39,469 bases of DNA from Thermoplasmata archaeon (GTDB lineage: Archaea > Thermoplasmatota > Thermoplasmata > Lutacidiplasmatales > UBA184). Location: assembly GCA_028864975.1 (NCBI GenBank), contig JAGWLG010000033.1, positions 1 through 39,469 of the forward strand. Reading direction: 5' to 3'. The translations under genes were made by a program, and so were the position numbers. Under the pieces are notes generated by a model that worked only from the letters and a program-made list of their open reading frames with translations, ran no database searches and was not told the origin of the DNA. Of the stretch, positions 26,376 to 36,071 are shown piece after piece. How positions within the stretch are numbered: the first letter of the stretch is position 1; each line of letters begins with the position of its first letter.

Positions 26376-27994
26376 GTCGAGGTCCTCGGGGTCCGGCGCA
26401 GGGCCAGGACCGCCTCGGTCTCGAAGTGGACCCGGGAGAGATAATCCTCTCGCTCGCGGACGCGCTGCTCGTCGGTCCACCCGAGGAGGGGTTGGGCGAG
26501 CCTCGCCACGTCCTCCACGAGCCTTTCGAACCCGGGGTCGAGCCGCTGAAGGGTGTGGAACCGTCGGTCGATGAGGTCGGAGAGGGTCGCCGCCCCCGCG
26601 ACCCGCACCGCGGCGTCGACCCAGGGGGTGAGCCGGGCCTCTGGGGAAGGCGAGGAGGGGTTGGTCGGGGTGGAAGTGGATCCCAGCGCCTCGGCAAAGG
26701 CGAGGGCCCCCGGACACGGGGTCCTCTCCCACCGCGGCGGATAGGACCAAGACGACCAGGAGCTTCCCCCCTTCGTTGGGGTACCGCCCTTCGGAATGCC
26801 AGGGGTCGGGAGCTTCGCGAGCTCCAGCGCCCGCTCGGCCATCGCTCGGTGGGTGGTCAGCTTCCCGCCGGCGACGGAGAGCAGCCCGCTCGCGTCCGTA
26901 TGGACCACGTCCTCTCGCGAGAGGTCCCCCGGGCGTTCCGCGCCTCCAGCGAGGAGCGGGCGCAGTCCCGCATAGACGTCCACCACGTCCTCAGCCGTGA
27001 GATGGAGCGTCGGGAAGTTCTTCTGGGCGACCTCGAGGAGGTACCCCACGTCGTCCGCTTCCGCTCTCACGCGGTCCGGGTCGCCGGGAAAGTCCGTGTC
27101 GGTCGTCCCGATGATCGCGAGATGGCCGTACGGTAGGGCGAAAACCCAGCGGCCCTCCGGGGCAGCGAGCACGACCGCGACGTCGAGCGGCAGGCGGTCC
27201 TTGCGAAAGACAAGGTGCACCCCCTTGGACGGACGAAGTCGCGGGGTCCTCTCGGTCCCTGCCCAGCGGGGGGACCAGACGCCCGTGGCGTTGATGACGC
27301 GCTTTGCCCGCACCTCTCCCGTCCTCCCGGAGAGGCGGTCCCGGACCTTGACGCCCGTGATCCGTCCCGCATCGAGGAGGGGGGCGAGGGCCTCGACGTG
27401 GTTCACCGCGACCGCACCTCGTCGGACGGCCTCCCCCACTCGGACCAGGGTGAGGAGGGTGTCGTCGACGACCCCCTCGAAGTAGAGGACCCCGCCGCGC
27501 ACCCCTTTGGTCTCGAGGAAAGGGACCCGCCCCCGCACCTGCTCCACCGATAGGAGGCGGCGCGGGCCGAGCGCGAGCGGGCCGCAGAGGCGCTGATAGA
27601 GCCATGTCCCGAACCGGAGGGAGAGCCGGTGGCCGAGGGTCCCATCGAGCGGGAGCAGGAAGGGGGTCACCTGGACCCGTTGCTCTCCCAGGGATCGGAC
27701 GAGGAGCCCGCGCTCGTGGAGCGCTTCCTTCACGAGGCCGATCTTCCCGTGCTGCAGGTAGCGCAGCCCCCCGTGCAGCATCTTCGAGGTGGCCCCGGAG
27801 GTGCCGCTCCCGAAGTCCTCTCGCTCGATGAGCGCAACTTCGGCCCCCCGCGCGGCGGCCTCGGAGGCGATCCCCGCGGCGGTGATCCCGCCACCGACGA
27901 CGAGCAGGTCGAACGACCGGCCGACGAGCTCCCGCCAGCAGGCCTCGCGTGCGTCGCGAGGCGCCTCCTCACTTGGAACGGGAGCTGGGGGCAT
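26372..27994 (-). CDS. glpD: FAD-dependent glycerol-3-phosphate dehydrogenase/oxidase
   Basis: DLLVVGGGITAAG, DFGSGTS...SKMLHGGLRYL, INATGVW, SKGVHLV, GTTDTD, YAGLRPL, GGKLTTHRAMAE. Confidence 0.9.
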   Translation of the reverse strand: MPPAPVPSEEAPRDAREACWRELVGRSFDLLVVGGGITAAGIASEAAARGAEVALIEREDFGSGTSGATSKMLHGGLRYLQHGKIGLVKEALHERGLLVRSLGEQRVQVTPFLLPLDGTLGHRLSLRFGTWLYQRLCGPLALGPRRLLSVEQVRGRVPFLETKGVRGGVLYFEGVVDDTLLTLVRVGEAVRRGAVAVNHVEALAPLLDAGRITGVKVRDRLSGRTGEVRAKRVINATGVWSPRWAGTERTPRLRPSKGVHLVFRKDRLPLDVAVVLAAPEGRWVFALPYGHLAIIGTTDTDFPGDPDRVRAEADDVGYLLEVAQKNFPTLHLTAEDVVDVYAGLRPLLAGGAERPGDLSREDVVHTDASGLLSVAGGKLTTHRAMAERALELAKLPTPGIPKGGTPTKGGSSWSSWSYPPRWERTPCPGALAFAEALGSTSTPTNPSSPSPEARLTPWVDAAVRVAGAATLSDLIDRRFHTLQRLDPGFERLVEDVARLAQPLLGWTDEQRVREREDYLSRVHFETEAVLALRRTPRTST

Positions 27995-29837
27995 CCGACG
28001 GGGCACCTCCGGAGGGTCCCGGGGTCTTCGCACGGGCGGAAGAACGTTCCGCCGACGCGGCCCCCGCCGGAGGGCGCGGCTCGGGGAGCGTCTTCCCGGG
28101 GTTCAGGATGCCTTTCGGGTCGAAGGTGCTCTTCGCCGCCTGGAGGGAGAGGCCCCCTAGGTTCTTCCGGTAGCTCGCGACCCAGGGGCGGTGCATCCGC
28201 CCCACGCCGTGGTGGTGGCTCAGGACGCCACCGGCCCGCAGCAGGGCTTCGGTGGCCGCCTCCTTGAGCGAGAGCCACTGCCCGACGGGGTCCTGCGGCG
28301 ACTGGGGAGCGATGATGGTGAAGTAGACGCCAGAGCCCGTGGGCGAGGTGTGGGAGAGGTGCGCCCCGACCCAGACGGCGAACTTGCTCCGCCGGGCGGC
28401 CGCATGCAGCGCCTCGCGGACCTGGCTCTCGAGCCCCTTCACGTCGCTCCAGGCCGCCCCGGTCTCGAGCGTCTCGATGAGCCATCCGTCCTCGATGAGG
28501 TCGTCGCGCAGGTAGGGAAGGAGGAAGCGCTCCTTCTGCCAGGACTCGCCTCCGTGGGAACCGACGTCCGTTCCGCCGTGCGCCTTCAAGGTCTCCTTCC
28601 GCCGCTCCTCCCCGTGACGGACCTCGCGGTCGCTTCCTTCGTATCCGATGATGGCGAGGCACATCGACCCTTCCTCGAGCTTCTTGAGCCCAAGGTAGCG
28701 GCTCTCCAAGGAGGCACGGACCTTCTCTCCCGCGGTCTCCGCGGGGGCGCGCCCCTCCAGGGTCAGGATGGTCTCCTGAGGACCTGAGAGACGGAGGACC
28801 GCGGGAGATGGAGGGGATTGGGAGAGCTCCCGCATGGCGTCGACCCCGCTCTCCCAGTCCGGGAAGAGGGCGACGCGGTAGGAGCGATGGGCGGGGAGGG
28901 GGTCCACGGCCAGCGTGGCCTCGACGAAGATGCCGAGCGTGCCTTCGGAACCGGGGAAGATCGAGGAAGGGTCGGGCCCGGAGGACTCGGTCACCCCGCG
29001 TTCCCATCGGTAGGTCCCGACCGGGGTGACGATCGTGGCGCCGCGCAGCCGCTCGGTGATCTCCCCGTACCGGGAGGAGGCCTGGCCGCTCGAGCGGGTC
29101 GCGAGCCACCCACCGAGCGTGGAGAACTCGAAGGACTGGGGGAAGTGGCCCAGGGTCATCCCGTGGACATTGAGATGCTTCTCCAGGTCGGGGCCGTGGA
29201 TCCCGCACTGGAAACGCGCGAGGTGGCTCGTCTCGTCGACCCCTAAGGGGTCCATCAAGCGTTGGAGGGAGAGCGTGATGACCCCGCGGTGGCTCCCCGC
29301 CTCGGGGTCCACGCCCCCGACGACCGAGGTCCCCCCTCCCCAAGGGACCACGGCGAGGTCATGCTCCTGCGCGTAGCGGAGGATGAGCTCGACCTCGTCC
29401 ACGCTCGCCGGATGGACGACGAGGTCCGTGAGCGCTCGGAGGTGCCCGCGCCGGGCCGTCGTTACGTCGACGTACGAGCGGCCGAAGGAGTGGAGGAGTC
29501 GCTCCTCACGCTCGTCGCTCGCGGCGCCCGCCGTTAGGAGGGCGCGGACCGCCTGGACCTCGGAGGTCGGGAGGCGGCCCGGGGGGATTCTCAGGGTCTC
29601 GAGGTCCAGGGCCGGCCCTCCCGCGCCCATCGGGGGGACCCCCAGCTCGTGTCGGAGGAATTCTTTCACGCGTTGCGCTCTCGCGGGGGGGAAACGGGTG
29701 TGGATGTTCCCCCAGGCCCACCAGCGGGCGCCGGAGAAGTGGGCGGCGGGCGCGGGCTTCGAGGAGGAGGGAGGGCCGGAGCGAGGCCGGGCGGACGGCG
29801 CGGGTGAGGCCGCGGGGTGCGCCTCCGGGGCGGTCAC
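27969..29837 (-). CDS. FAD-linked oxidase, alkyl-dihydroxyacetonephosphate synthase (AGPS/ADAPS)-like
   Basis: PWGGGTSV, GHFPQSFEFSTLGGWLATRSSGQ, GSEGTLG, LIETLET, GVYF and LSHHHGVG motifs; TTAA about 28 nt upstream. Confidence 0.85.
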   Translation of the reverse strand: MTAPEAHPAASPAPSARPRSGPPSSSKPAPAAHFSGARWWAWGNIHTRFPPARAQRVKEFLRHELGVPPMGAGGPALDLETLRIPPGRLPTSEVQAVRALLTAGAASDEREERLLHSFGRSYVDVTTARRGHLRALTDLVVHPASVDEVELILRYAQEHDLAVVPWGGGTSVVGGVDPEAGSHRGVITLSLQRLMDPLGVDETSHLARFQCGIHGPDLEKHLNVHGMTLGHFPQSFEFSTLGGWLATRSSGQASSRYGEITERLRGATIVTPVGTYRWERGVTESSGPDPSSIFPGSEGTLGIFVEATLAVDPLPAHRSYRVALFPDWESGVDAMRELSQSPPSPAVLRLSGPQETILTLEGRAPAETAGEKVRASLESRYLGLKKLEEGSMCLAIIGYEGSDREVRHGEERRKETLKAHGGTDVGSHGGESWQKERFLLPYLRDDLIEDGWLIETLETGAAWSDVKGLESQVREALHAAARRSKFAVWVGAHLSHTSPTGSGVYFTIIAPQSPQDPVGQWLSLKEAATEALLRAGGVLSHHHGVGRMHRPWVASYRKNLGGLSLQAAKSTFDPKGILNPGKTLPEPRPPAGAASAERSSARAKTPGPSGGAPSDAPSSRSK

Positions 29838-30030
29838 GGTAAGAGGTCCGTAGCCAACGCATGGTTAAGGGCTGCGTATCGACCTCGCCCAGCCTCTCGA
29901 GGCACGGGAGGGTGGGGGCCCAGGGCCGCGGTCCATCGCTCGACCGGCCCCCCTGCGCGGCAACCGGCCGCGTGCGACTGGGGGGCCCCGGAAAGAGTCG
30001 TTATACGCGTCAGCCCGTCGGACCCTTCCG

Positions 30031-30963
30031 ATGAGCGCCGACGCCGTCATCACCGTGGAAGGGCTGGCCAAGGACTACGGCCACCTTCGGGCCGTGGACG
30101 GCATCGACTTCCGGGTCCTCCGGGGGAAGGTCTTCTCCTTCCTGGGGCCGAACGGGGCCGGGAAGACGACGACCGTCGAGATCCTCGAGGGTCTTCGCCG
30201 GGCCACCTCGGGGCATCTGTCGGTGCTGGGCCTCGACCCCTGGAAGCATGCGTCCGAGCTCCACCGCAAGGTTGGGGTGATGCCCCAAGGGTTCCGGTTC
30301 TTCGACAAGGTCACGCCCCGCGAGGCGGTGCGCTACTACGCGCGGCTCTTCGGGGTCCGGACCGACCCCGACGCACTCCTTCGCCGCGTGCTCCTCTCCG
30401 ACAAGGCGGACGACACCTACGACAAGCTCTCCGGGGGGCAGAAGCAGAAGCTGGGCGTGGCGTTGGCGATGGTCAACGACCCGGAGCTCCTCTTCCTGGA
30501 CGAGCCTACGACGGGGCTCGACCCCCAGGCACGGCGGGCGGTCTGGGAGCTCCTGCGAGAGCTCAAGAACGAGGGACGGACGATCTTCCTCACCACCCAC
30601 TACCTGGAGGAGGCCGAGCAGCTCGCGGACTGGGTCGCGATCCTGAACCACGGTCGGATCGTCACTGAAGGCACTCCGACGGAGCTCATCGAGAAGCATG
30701 GCGAGGGCCCCCGGCTCGTATTGCAGGCCTCCCCCGAGCTCGTCTCCCTCCTCTCCCAGCAGGCGCGCCTCGGGCTCACGATCAGGGATGGGACCATCCA
30801 GATCCCGATCCACCAGAAGGCGGTGCTCCTGGACGCCCTCAACACCGTGGCCCGCTCGGGGCTTCCCTGGCCGGAGATCAACACCGAACGCGACACCCTG
30901 GAGAACGTCTTCATCTCCATGGTCGGGGAGATCGATGAGAGCGGGGAGGTCCGTGGCGCATGA
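30031..30963 (+). CDS. ABC transporter ATP-binding protein (ABC-2/drug-export type)
   Basis: GPNGAGKTT, LSGGQKQK, LFLDEPTTGLD, TTHY; TTATAC at 30001-30006. Confidence 0.95.
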   Translation: MSADAVITVEGLAKDYGHLRAVDGIDFRVLRGKVFSFLGPNGAGKTTTVEILEGLRRATSGHLSVLGLDPWKHASELHRKVGVMPQGFRFFDKVTPREAVRYYARLFGVRTDPDALLRRVLLSDKADDTYDKLSGGQKQKLGVALAMVNDPELLFLDEPTTGLDPQARRAVWELLRELKNEGRTIFLTTHYLEEAEQLADWVAILNHGRIVTEGTPTELIEKHGEGPRLVLQASPELVSLLSQQARLGLTIRDGTIQIPIHQKAVLLDALNTVARSGLPWPEINTERDTLENVFISMVGEIDESGEVRGA

Positions 30964-32153
30964 CCCTCCCTTCGTCCTCCACCTCCGCCCCTTCGACCCC
31001 ACGACCCCCCGCGCGCTCCGGGGGCCCGCTCAACCCGGGGCGGGTGTGGGCCGACTTCGTCGTCTACGCCCGCTCCTACATGCGAAGTCCAGAGGCGGTC
31101 TTCTTCACGCTCCTCTTCCCGTTCATCTTGGTCCTGATGTTCGGGGCCATCTTCTCCGGCTCCACCGCTCCCTCTTCGGTCCCGCTCTACGTCCAGAACC
31201 AGGACAGCACCAACGCCACCACGCTGGCCTTCTACCACGCTCTCTCCGAGACCGGCCTCGTGACCCTCCACAACGTCTCCGCGAGCGTTGGGAACATGAG
31301 CCTCTACATGTCCCAGCACTCGTACTCGAACGGACTGGTGATCCCTCCAGGGTTCGGGGAAGAGGTCTGGAACCTGACCAAGGGCCATCAGTCGGGGGCT
31401 CCGGTCCCGGTTCGGATCTACATCAATCCGTTCGATCAGACCTCCGCGGGCATCGTGGAGCAGGCCGTGCAGCTCGCGTTGACCCACTTCAACCAACAGG
31501 GCCCCCCCGTCGCCTACGCCCTGCCTCCTAGCGCCGTGAGCTCTCAGAGCTTCCAGCCGAAGACCATCGACTACGAGGTGCCGGGGCTGATCGGGTTCGC
31601 GATCCTGATGAACCCGATGTTCGCCATGGTGAACGTCACGGCCGAGTACAAGAAAGAGAAGCTGTTCAAGGCCCTCTCGTTGACGCCGCTCACCAAAGGG
31701 GAGTGGCTGCTCTCGAAGATCCTGTGGAACTGGGCCATGACCTTCCTCTCGGCGGCGATCCTCTTCGCGACCGGGGTGGCGGTCTACGGAGCCCACGTCA
31801 TCGTCGGGCCCCTCATCCTTCCCTTCCTGATCCTGGGACCGCTCTTCTTCGCTTCGCTAGGCATGCTCATCGGGACGCTCTCGAAGAAGGCCGAGACCGC
31901 GGGGATCATCGGGAACTTGTTCGCCTTCCCGATGATGTTCCTCTCGGGGGCCTTCATCCCGGTCTCGGTGATGCCCGGGTGGCTCCAGCCCTACGCCCGG
32001 GTCTGGCCGCTGTACTATGTCATCGACGGGATCCAGGCGGTGAGCGTCTTCTCGAACACGGCCCAGGCCCTTTTCGACCTTGCCTTGATCACGATCATGG
32101 CCGCGTTGAGCTTCGTCGCGGCCGTGCTGCTCTTCCGCTGGCGGGAGGAGTGA
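30960..32153 (+). CDS. ABC-2 type transporter permease
   Basis: 'FFTLLFP', extracellular loop, 'DYEVPGLIG', 'PMMFLSGAFIP' and six C-terminal TMs; ATGA overlap with the ATPase. Confidence 0.9.
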   Translation: MTLPSSSTSAPSTPRPPARSGGPLNPGRVWADFVVYARSYMRSPEAVFFTLLFPFILVLMFGAIFSGSTAPSSVPLYVQNQDSTNATTLAFYHALSETGLVTLHNVSASVGNMSLYMSQHSYSNGLVIPPGFGEEVWNLTKGHQSGAPVPVRIYINPFDQTSAGIVEQAVQLALTHFNQQGPPVAYALPPSAVSSQSFQPKTIDYEVPGLIGFAILMNPMFAMVNVTAEYKKEKLFKALSLTPLTKGEWLLSKILWNWAMTFLSAAILFATGVAVYGAHVIVGPLILPFLILGPLFFASLGMLIGTLSKKAETAGIIGNLFAFPMMFLSGAFIPVSVMPGWLQPYARVWPLYYVIDGIQAVSVFSNTAQALFDLALITIMAALSFVAAVLLFRWREE

Positions 32154-32244
32154 GAGGATCTCCGCTCGGAGCGGCCCGAACCGCTCGGCGCCGAAGGGCG
32201 CCCCTGCGATCTCGCACATCGACCCCGACGCGTTCCGCGGCCTC

Positions 32245-32781
32245 ATGGGACGCTTCGCGACAGGGGTGACCGTGGTGACCGCCCACCACCGCGGGGTCGA
32301 TGCGGGGATGACCGTCAACGCGTTCGTCTCGGTGACCCTGGAGCCCCCAACGGTCCTGATCTGTCTCAACCGTCGGGCCGACACCACCCCCGTGGTCGAA
32401 GCCTCCGGGAAGTTCGCCATCACGATCCTCTCGGCCCGCGAGCGACATCTGTCCGAGCTCTTCGCCTCCCGGGCGCCTTCGCACGAGAAGTTCCAGGGCG
32501 TCCCGTTGCACCGAGGGACGCTGGGTCCTCCCCTCCTGGACGGGGGCCTGGGAAGCCTCGAATGCGAGGTCGTCCATCGTGTCGAGCACGGCTCGCACGT
32601 CCTGTTCTTCGGTCAGGTCGTGGCGCTGGAGACGGGGGGAGAGGAGCTTCCGCTCGTCTTCTGGAAGAGCGAGTACGCGAGGCCTTCGCAGGGGGGCCTC
32701 CTCGTTATGTGTCCTTCACGGAATCTGTCTCTATCCTCCAAAGGGTCCAAAGCGACCCCCAAGGAGAGGAAGGAGAGATGA
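32245..32781 (+). CDS. Flavin reductase-like protein (DIM6/NTAB family)
   Basis: 'MGRFATGVTVVT...GMTVNAFVSVTLEPP...GSHVLFFGQV'. Confidence 0.9.
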   Translation: MGRFATGVTVVTAHHRGVDAGMTVNAFVSVTLEPPTVLICLNRRADTTPVVEASGKFAITILSARERHLSELFASRAPSHEKFQGVPLHRGTLGPPLLDGGLGSLECEVVHRVEHGSHVLFFGQVVALETGGEELPLVFWKSEYARPSQGGLLVMCPSRNLSLSSKGSKATPKERKER

Positions 32782-33815
32782 CGGCCGCCGCCTCACTGCG
32801 CACCCGCGTGGCCATCCTGGGCAGCGGCCCGGCGGGGCTCACCGCGGCACTCTACACCGCCCGGGCGAACCTACGACCTGTCGTGATCGCCGGAGTGCCG
32901 GCGGGGGGGCAGCTCATGATCACGAACGAGGTGGAGAACTACCCGGGATTCCCCGAGGGCATCCAGGGACCGGAGCTCATCGACCTCTTCCGCAAGCAGG
33001 CGGAGCGCTTCGGCACGCGGATCCTCGACGACAGCGTCTCGCGCCTTGACGTGAAGCACCGTCCCTTCCGGCTTTGGACGGCGGGGGGCACCGAGATCGT
33101 CGCGGACTCGGTGATCGTGGCCACGGGGGCCCAGGCGAAATGGCTGAACGTCCCTGGGGAAGAGAAGCTGCGGGGAAAGGGGGTCAGCGCCTGCGCCACC
33201 TGCGACGGGTTCTTCTTCAAGGGGAAGGAGCTCATCGTGGCCGGTGGCGGGGACACCGCCATGGAGGAGGCGACCTTCCTCACCAAGTTTGCGACGAAGG
33301 TCACGATCGTGCACCGCCGCGACGCGTTCCGGGCGAGCCGGATCATGGCGGAGCGGGCGCAGAAGAACCCCAAGATCCGCGTGATGTGGAACTCGATCAT
33401 CGAAGAGGTCCTCGGCGACGCTTCGGTCACGGGCGTCCGGGTCCGAGATACCCGTACCGGTCAGGTGAAGGACGTTGCCTGTGGCGGGGTCTTCGTCGCG
33501 ATCGGCCACGAGCCGACGACCTCCCTGTTCCGCGGGGTCCTCGACCTCGACCAGGTGGGCTATCTCAAGAGCGTCGAGCACACTCGGACGAGCGTCACCG
33601 GGGTCTTTGCTGCGGGCGACGTCCATGACCACCGCTACCGTCAGGCGGTGACGGCCGCCGGGATGGGGTGCATGGCCGCGATCGATGCCGAGCGATGGTT
33701 GGCCGAGGAGGGGATGGAAGGTCCCGCGGAGGAGACCGCGGGGGCCCCTGCGGCGGAGGCCGCCCGAGCTCCGCCGGCCCCTCGAGTTTCGGCGGTGTCG
33801 GGGGCGAAAGGTTAA
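32778..33815 (+). CDS. trxB: Thioredoxin-disulfide reductase
   Basis: GSGPAG, GGQL, ENYPGF, CATCDG redox motif, GGGDTAMEEA, HRRDAFRA (NADPH site), FAAGDV; AGGAG ribosome-binding site. Confidence 0.95.
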   Translation: MTAAASLRTRVAILGSGPAGLTAALYTARANLRPVVIAGVPAGGQLMITNEVENYPGFPEGIQGPELIDLFRKQAERFGTRILDDSVSRLDVKHRPFRLWTAGGTEIVADSVIVATGAQAKWLNVPGEEKLRGKGVSACATCDGFFFKGKELIVAGGGDTAMEEATFLTKFATKVTIVHRRDAFRASRIMAERAQKNPKIRVMWNSIIEEVLGDASVTGVRVRDTRTGQVKDVACGGVFVAIGHEPTTSLFRGVLDLDQVGYLKSVEHTRTSVTGVFAAGDVHDHRYRQAVTAAGMGCMAAIDAERWLAEEGMEGPAEETAGAPAAEAARAPPAPRVSAVSGAKG

Positions 33816-33852
33816 TAGCCCGGAGGTCCGCCCGAGGACATCCTGGGGGGCC

Positions 33853-34044
33853 ATGCCCAGCAAGAAGGACCTGCACATCGATTCTCAAGGCGAGATCTGC
33901 GTCTCGTGCGGCGCCTGCGTGGGCATCTGCCCGCTCAACTGCATCTACCTGGACGAGTGGAGGATCGGGTTCGACGAGGAGGTCTGCACGCGCTGCAACA
34001 TCTGCGTGCGAGCCTGTCCCGTCGGCGCGATCTCGATCCACTAG
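33853..34044 (+). CDS. 2x[4Fe-4S] ferredoxin
   Basis: CVSCGACVGICP and CTRCNICVRACP motifs; ATG 33853. Confidence 0.92.
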   Translation: MPSKKDLHIDSQGEICVSCGACVGICPLNCIYLDEWRIGFDEEVCTRCNICVRACPVGAISIH

Positions 34045-34107
34045 GCACGGGGTAGTTCCGCTCGAGGTCCGTCTCCCAAGGAAGTTCGCAAACGGGGTGC
34101 AGGAAAG

Positions 34108-35301
34108 ATGGTCGCAGATGTTCGCTGTGATGTTCTAGTCGTCGGCGCGGGCCCTGCCGGGAGCATGACCGCCAAGTGGGCGGCGAAGCACGGCGCGAGG
34201 GTTGTGATGATCGAGAAGCGCCAGGAGATCGGGTCTCCCGTCCGCTGCGGGGAGGGCATCTCCAAGGCCTGGCTCCACGACGTTGGGATCACCCCTTCCT
34301 CCCGCTGGATCAACGTCGAGGTGGAGGGCGCGCGCATCTTCTCTCCTTCCGAGAAGGTGATGGAGATCAACGAGAAGCACGCGGGGAACGAGGTGGGCTA
34401 CGTCGTCGAACGCGACCAGTTCGACAAGGCGCTCGCCATCGACGCCGCGAACGCGGGCACCACCATCCACCTCAAGACCCACGCGAAGGACCTGCTCCGC
34501 AAGGACGGGAAGATCGTCGGCATCAAGGCCTCCCACATGGGGCAGCCGTTCGAGATCCACGCCAAGGTCACGGTCGGGGCCGACGGGTTCGAGAGCCAGG
34601 TGGGGCGCTGGGCCGGCCTTCCGACGAACCTCCAGCTGCGCGACATGGACTCCTGCCTGCAGTACCGGATGACCAACGTCGACTGCGACCCTCGCTACTG
34701 CGACTTCTATCTCGGTAAGGTCGCGCCCGGCGGGTACGTCTGGATCTTCCCAAAGGGGGAGGGGCTCGCGAACGTCGGGATCGGCGTGCAGGTCTCGCAG
34801 ATCAAGAACGCCGCCGAGGCGAAGGCCTACCTCGACCGGTGGATCGAAGCCCACCCCGGGTATGCCAAGGGGAAGAAGATCGACATGGTCGGGGGAGGGG
34901 TCTCGATCTCCCCACCGATCAAGCAGTCCGTGACCGACGGGCTCCTGCTCGTCGGCGACGCGGCCCGGATGATCGACCCGATCACGGGGGGAGGGATCGC
35001 GAACGGTTGCATCGCGGGGAAGATCGCGGGAAAGGTCGCGGCCGAGGCGGCCGCGAAGGGGGACTCCTCCAAGGAGTTCCTGATGGCCTACGACAGGGGA
35101 TGGCGTGCGCTCCTGGAGGAGAAGCTGCTGCGGAACTGGATCGCGAAGGAGAAGCTCGTCTCGCTACCTGACGAGACCTTCGACAAGATCATCGACGCGC
35201 TCGCGGGTGTCAAGCTGGAGAAGCTCTCGGTCCTCCACATCCTAAAAGCCGTGAAGGAAAAGTACCCCGAGGTCACGAAGGAGTTCGAGAGCCTCCTTTG
35301 A
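34108..35301 (+). CDS. Digeranylgeranylglycerophospholipid reductase (archaeal GGR)
   Basis: VVGAGPAG, PVRCGEG, YVWIFPKG (PxxYxWxFP), VGDAARMIDPITGGGI. Confidence 0.92.
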   Translation: MVADVRCDVLVVGAGPAGSMTAKWAAKHGARVVMIEKRQEIGSPVRCGEGISKAWLHDVGITPSSRWINVEVEGARIFSPSEKVMEINEKHAGNEVGYVVERDQFDKALAIDAANAGTTIHLKTHAKDLLRKDGKIVGIKASHMGQPFEIHAKVTVGADGFESQVGRWAGLPTNLQLRDMDSCLQYRMTNVDCDPRYCDFYLGKVAPGGYVWIFPKGEGLANVGIGVQVSQIKNAAEAKAYLDRWIEAHPGYAKGKKIDMVGGGVSISPPIKQSVTDGLLLVGDAARMIDPITGGGIANGCIAGKIAGKVAAEAAAKGDSSKEFLMAYDRGWRALLEEKLLRNWIAKEKLVSLPDETFDKIIDALAGVKLEKLSVLHILKAVKEKYPEVTKEFESLL

Positions 35302-35990
35302 GCGCCTCGCCTCCTGGAGGAGGGGGTCGTCCCCTTGTCCCGGCGCGAGAACGACCTGCCCGGCGTCGCTCCCAGGGTCTGCTGACGGAGCTGGTCCCTG
35401 CCACCGTCCGGGACGTCCTGTGGGCCTTCGCGCTCGCCGAGGCACAGAACGACGAGCGGCATGATCGGTGCTACAGCAAGGGGCTCGGTGAGGTCCTCTT
35501 CCAACGGGTCCGGGGGGGAGATCGCAACTCGCTGAGCGCGGGGGACTGGAAGACGCTGCGGTCGACCGTCGTCGGTACCCGGCCAGGGTATCTGCCCCAG
35601 CTCTTCTCCCTCGGACTCCGTTGGTACTCCGGGAAGATCGAGACCTCGAAGCTTGGGGCCCTGCAAACTCCCGACCTCAACATCTTCCGTCCCCTTGCCC
35701 CTTCTCGGACCGTCGAAGAGTTCTCCGCGACGCTGGAGAGAGGTGCTCGCACGCCGGGGACCTCGGTGGGGGAGAACTACCGGCGGATGCGAGGGACCTT
35801 CGATTACCCACGCATGCTCGGGTCCCCTGTGGTCATCGGCGAGAGGCGGGCCGGGCCCTTCACGTTCGTGGAGGGGGCCACCAGGCTCTCGATCCTGTGC
35901 GCCAAGGCTCGAGCGGGGGAGAGGGTCCCCGCCCGGGTCACCGTGATGGCGGGGATCGGGCGCCTGGCCAAGGAATGGGAGTTCTACTGA
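35298..35990 (+). CDS. Hypothetical protein, possible ParB/Srx-like C-terminal motif
   Basis: TTG start overlapping the GGR stop; 'SPVVIG...FTFVEGATRL' resembles the ParB-N (D/E)GxxR motif. Confidence 0.55.
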   Translation: MSASPPGGGGRPLVPARERPARRRSQGLLTELVPATVRDVLWAFALAEAQNDERHDRCYSKGLGEVLFQRVRGGDRNSLSAGDWKTLRSTVVGTRPGYLPQLFSLGLRWYSGKIETSKLGALQTPDLNIFRPLAPSRTVEEFSATLERGARTPGTSVGENYRRMRGTFDYPRMLGSPVVIGERRAGPFTFVEGATRLSILCAKARAGERVPARVTVMAGIGRLAKEWEFY

Positions 35991-36071
35991 GCGTCTTCGG
36001 GAGGGCAAGGTCATCCGACCCCGCGAGCGCGCGGCTTCCCGACAAGGAATATGAGTCCCGAAGGCCTGTGA

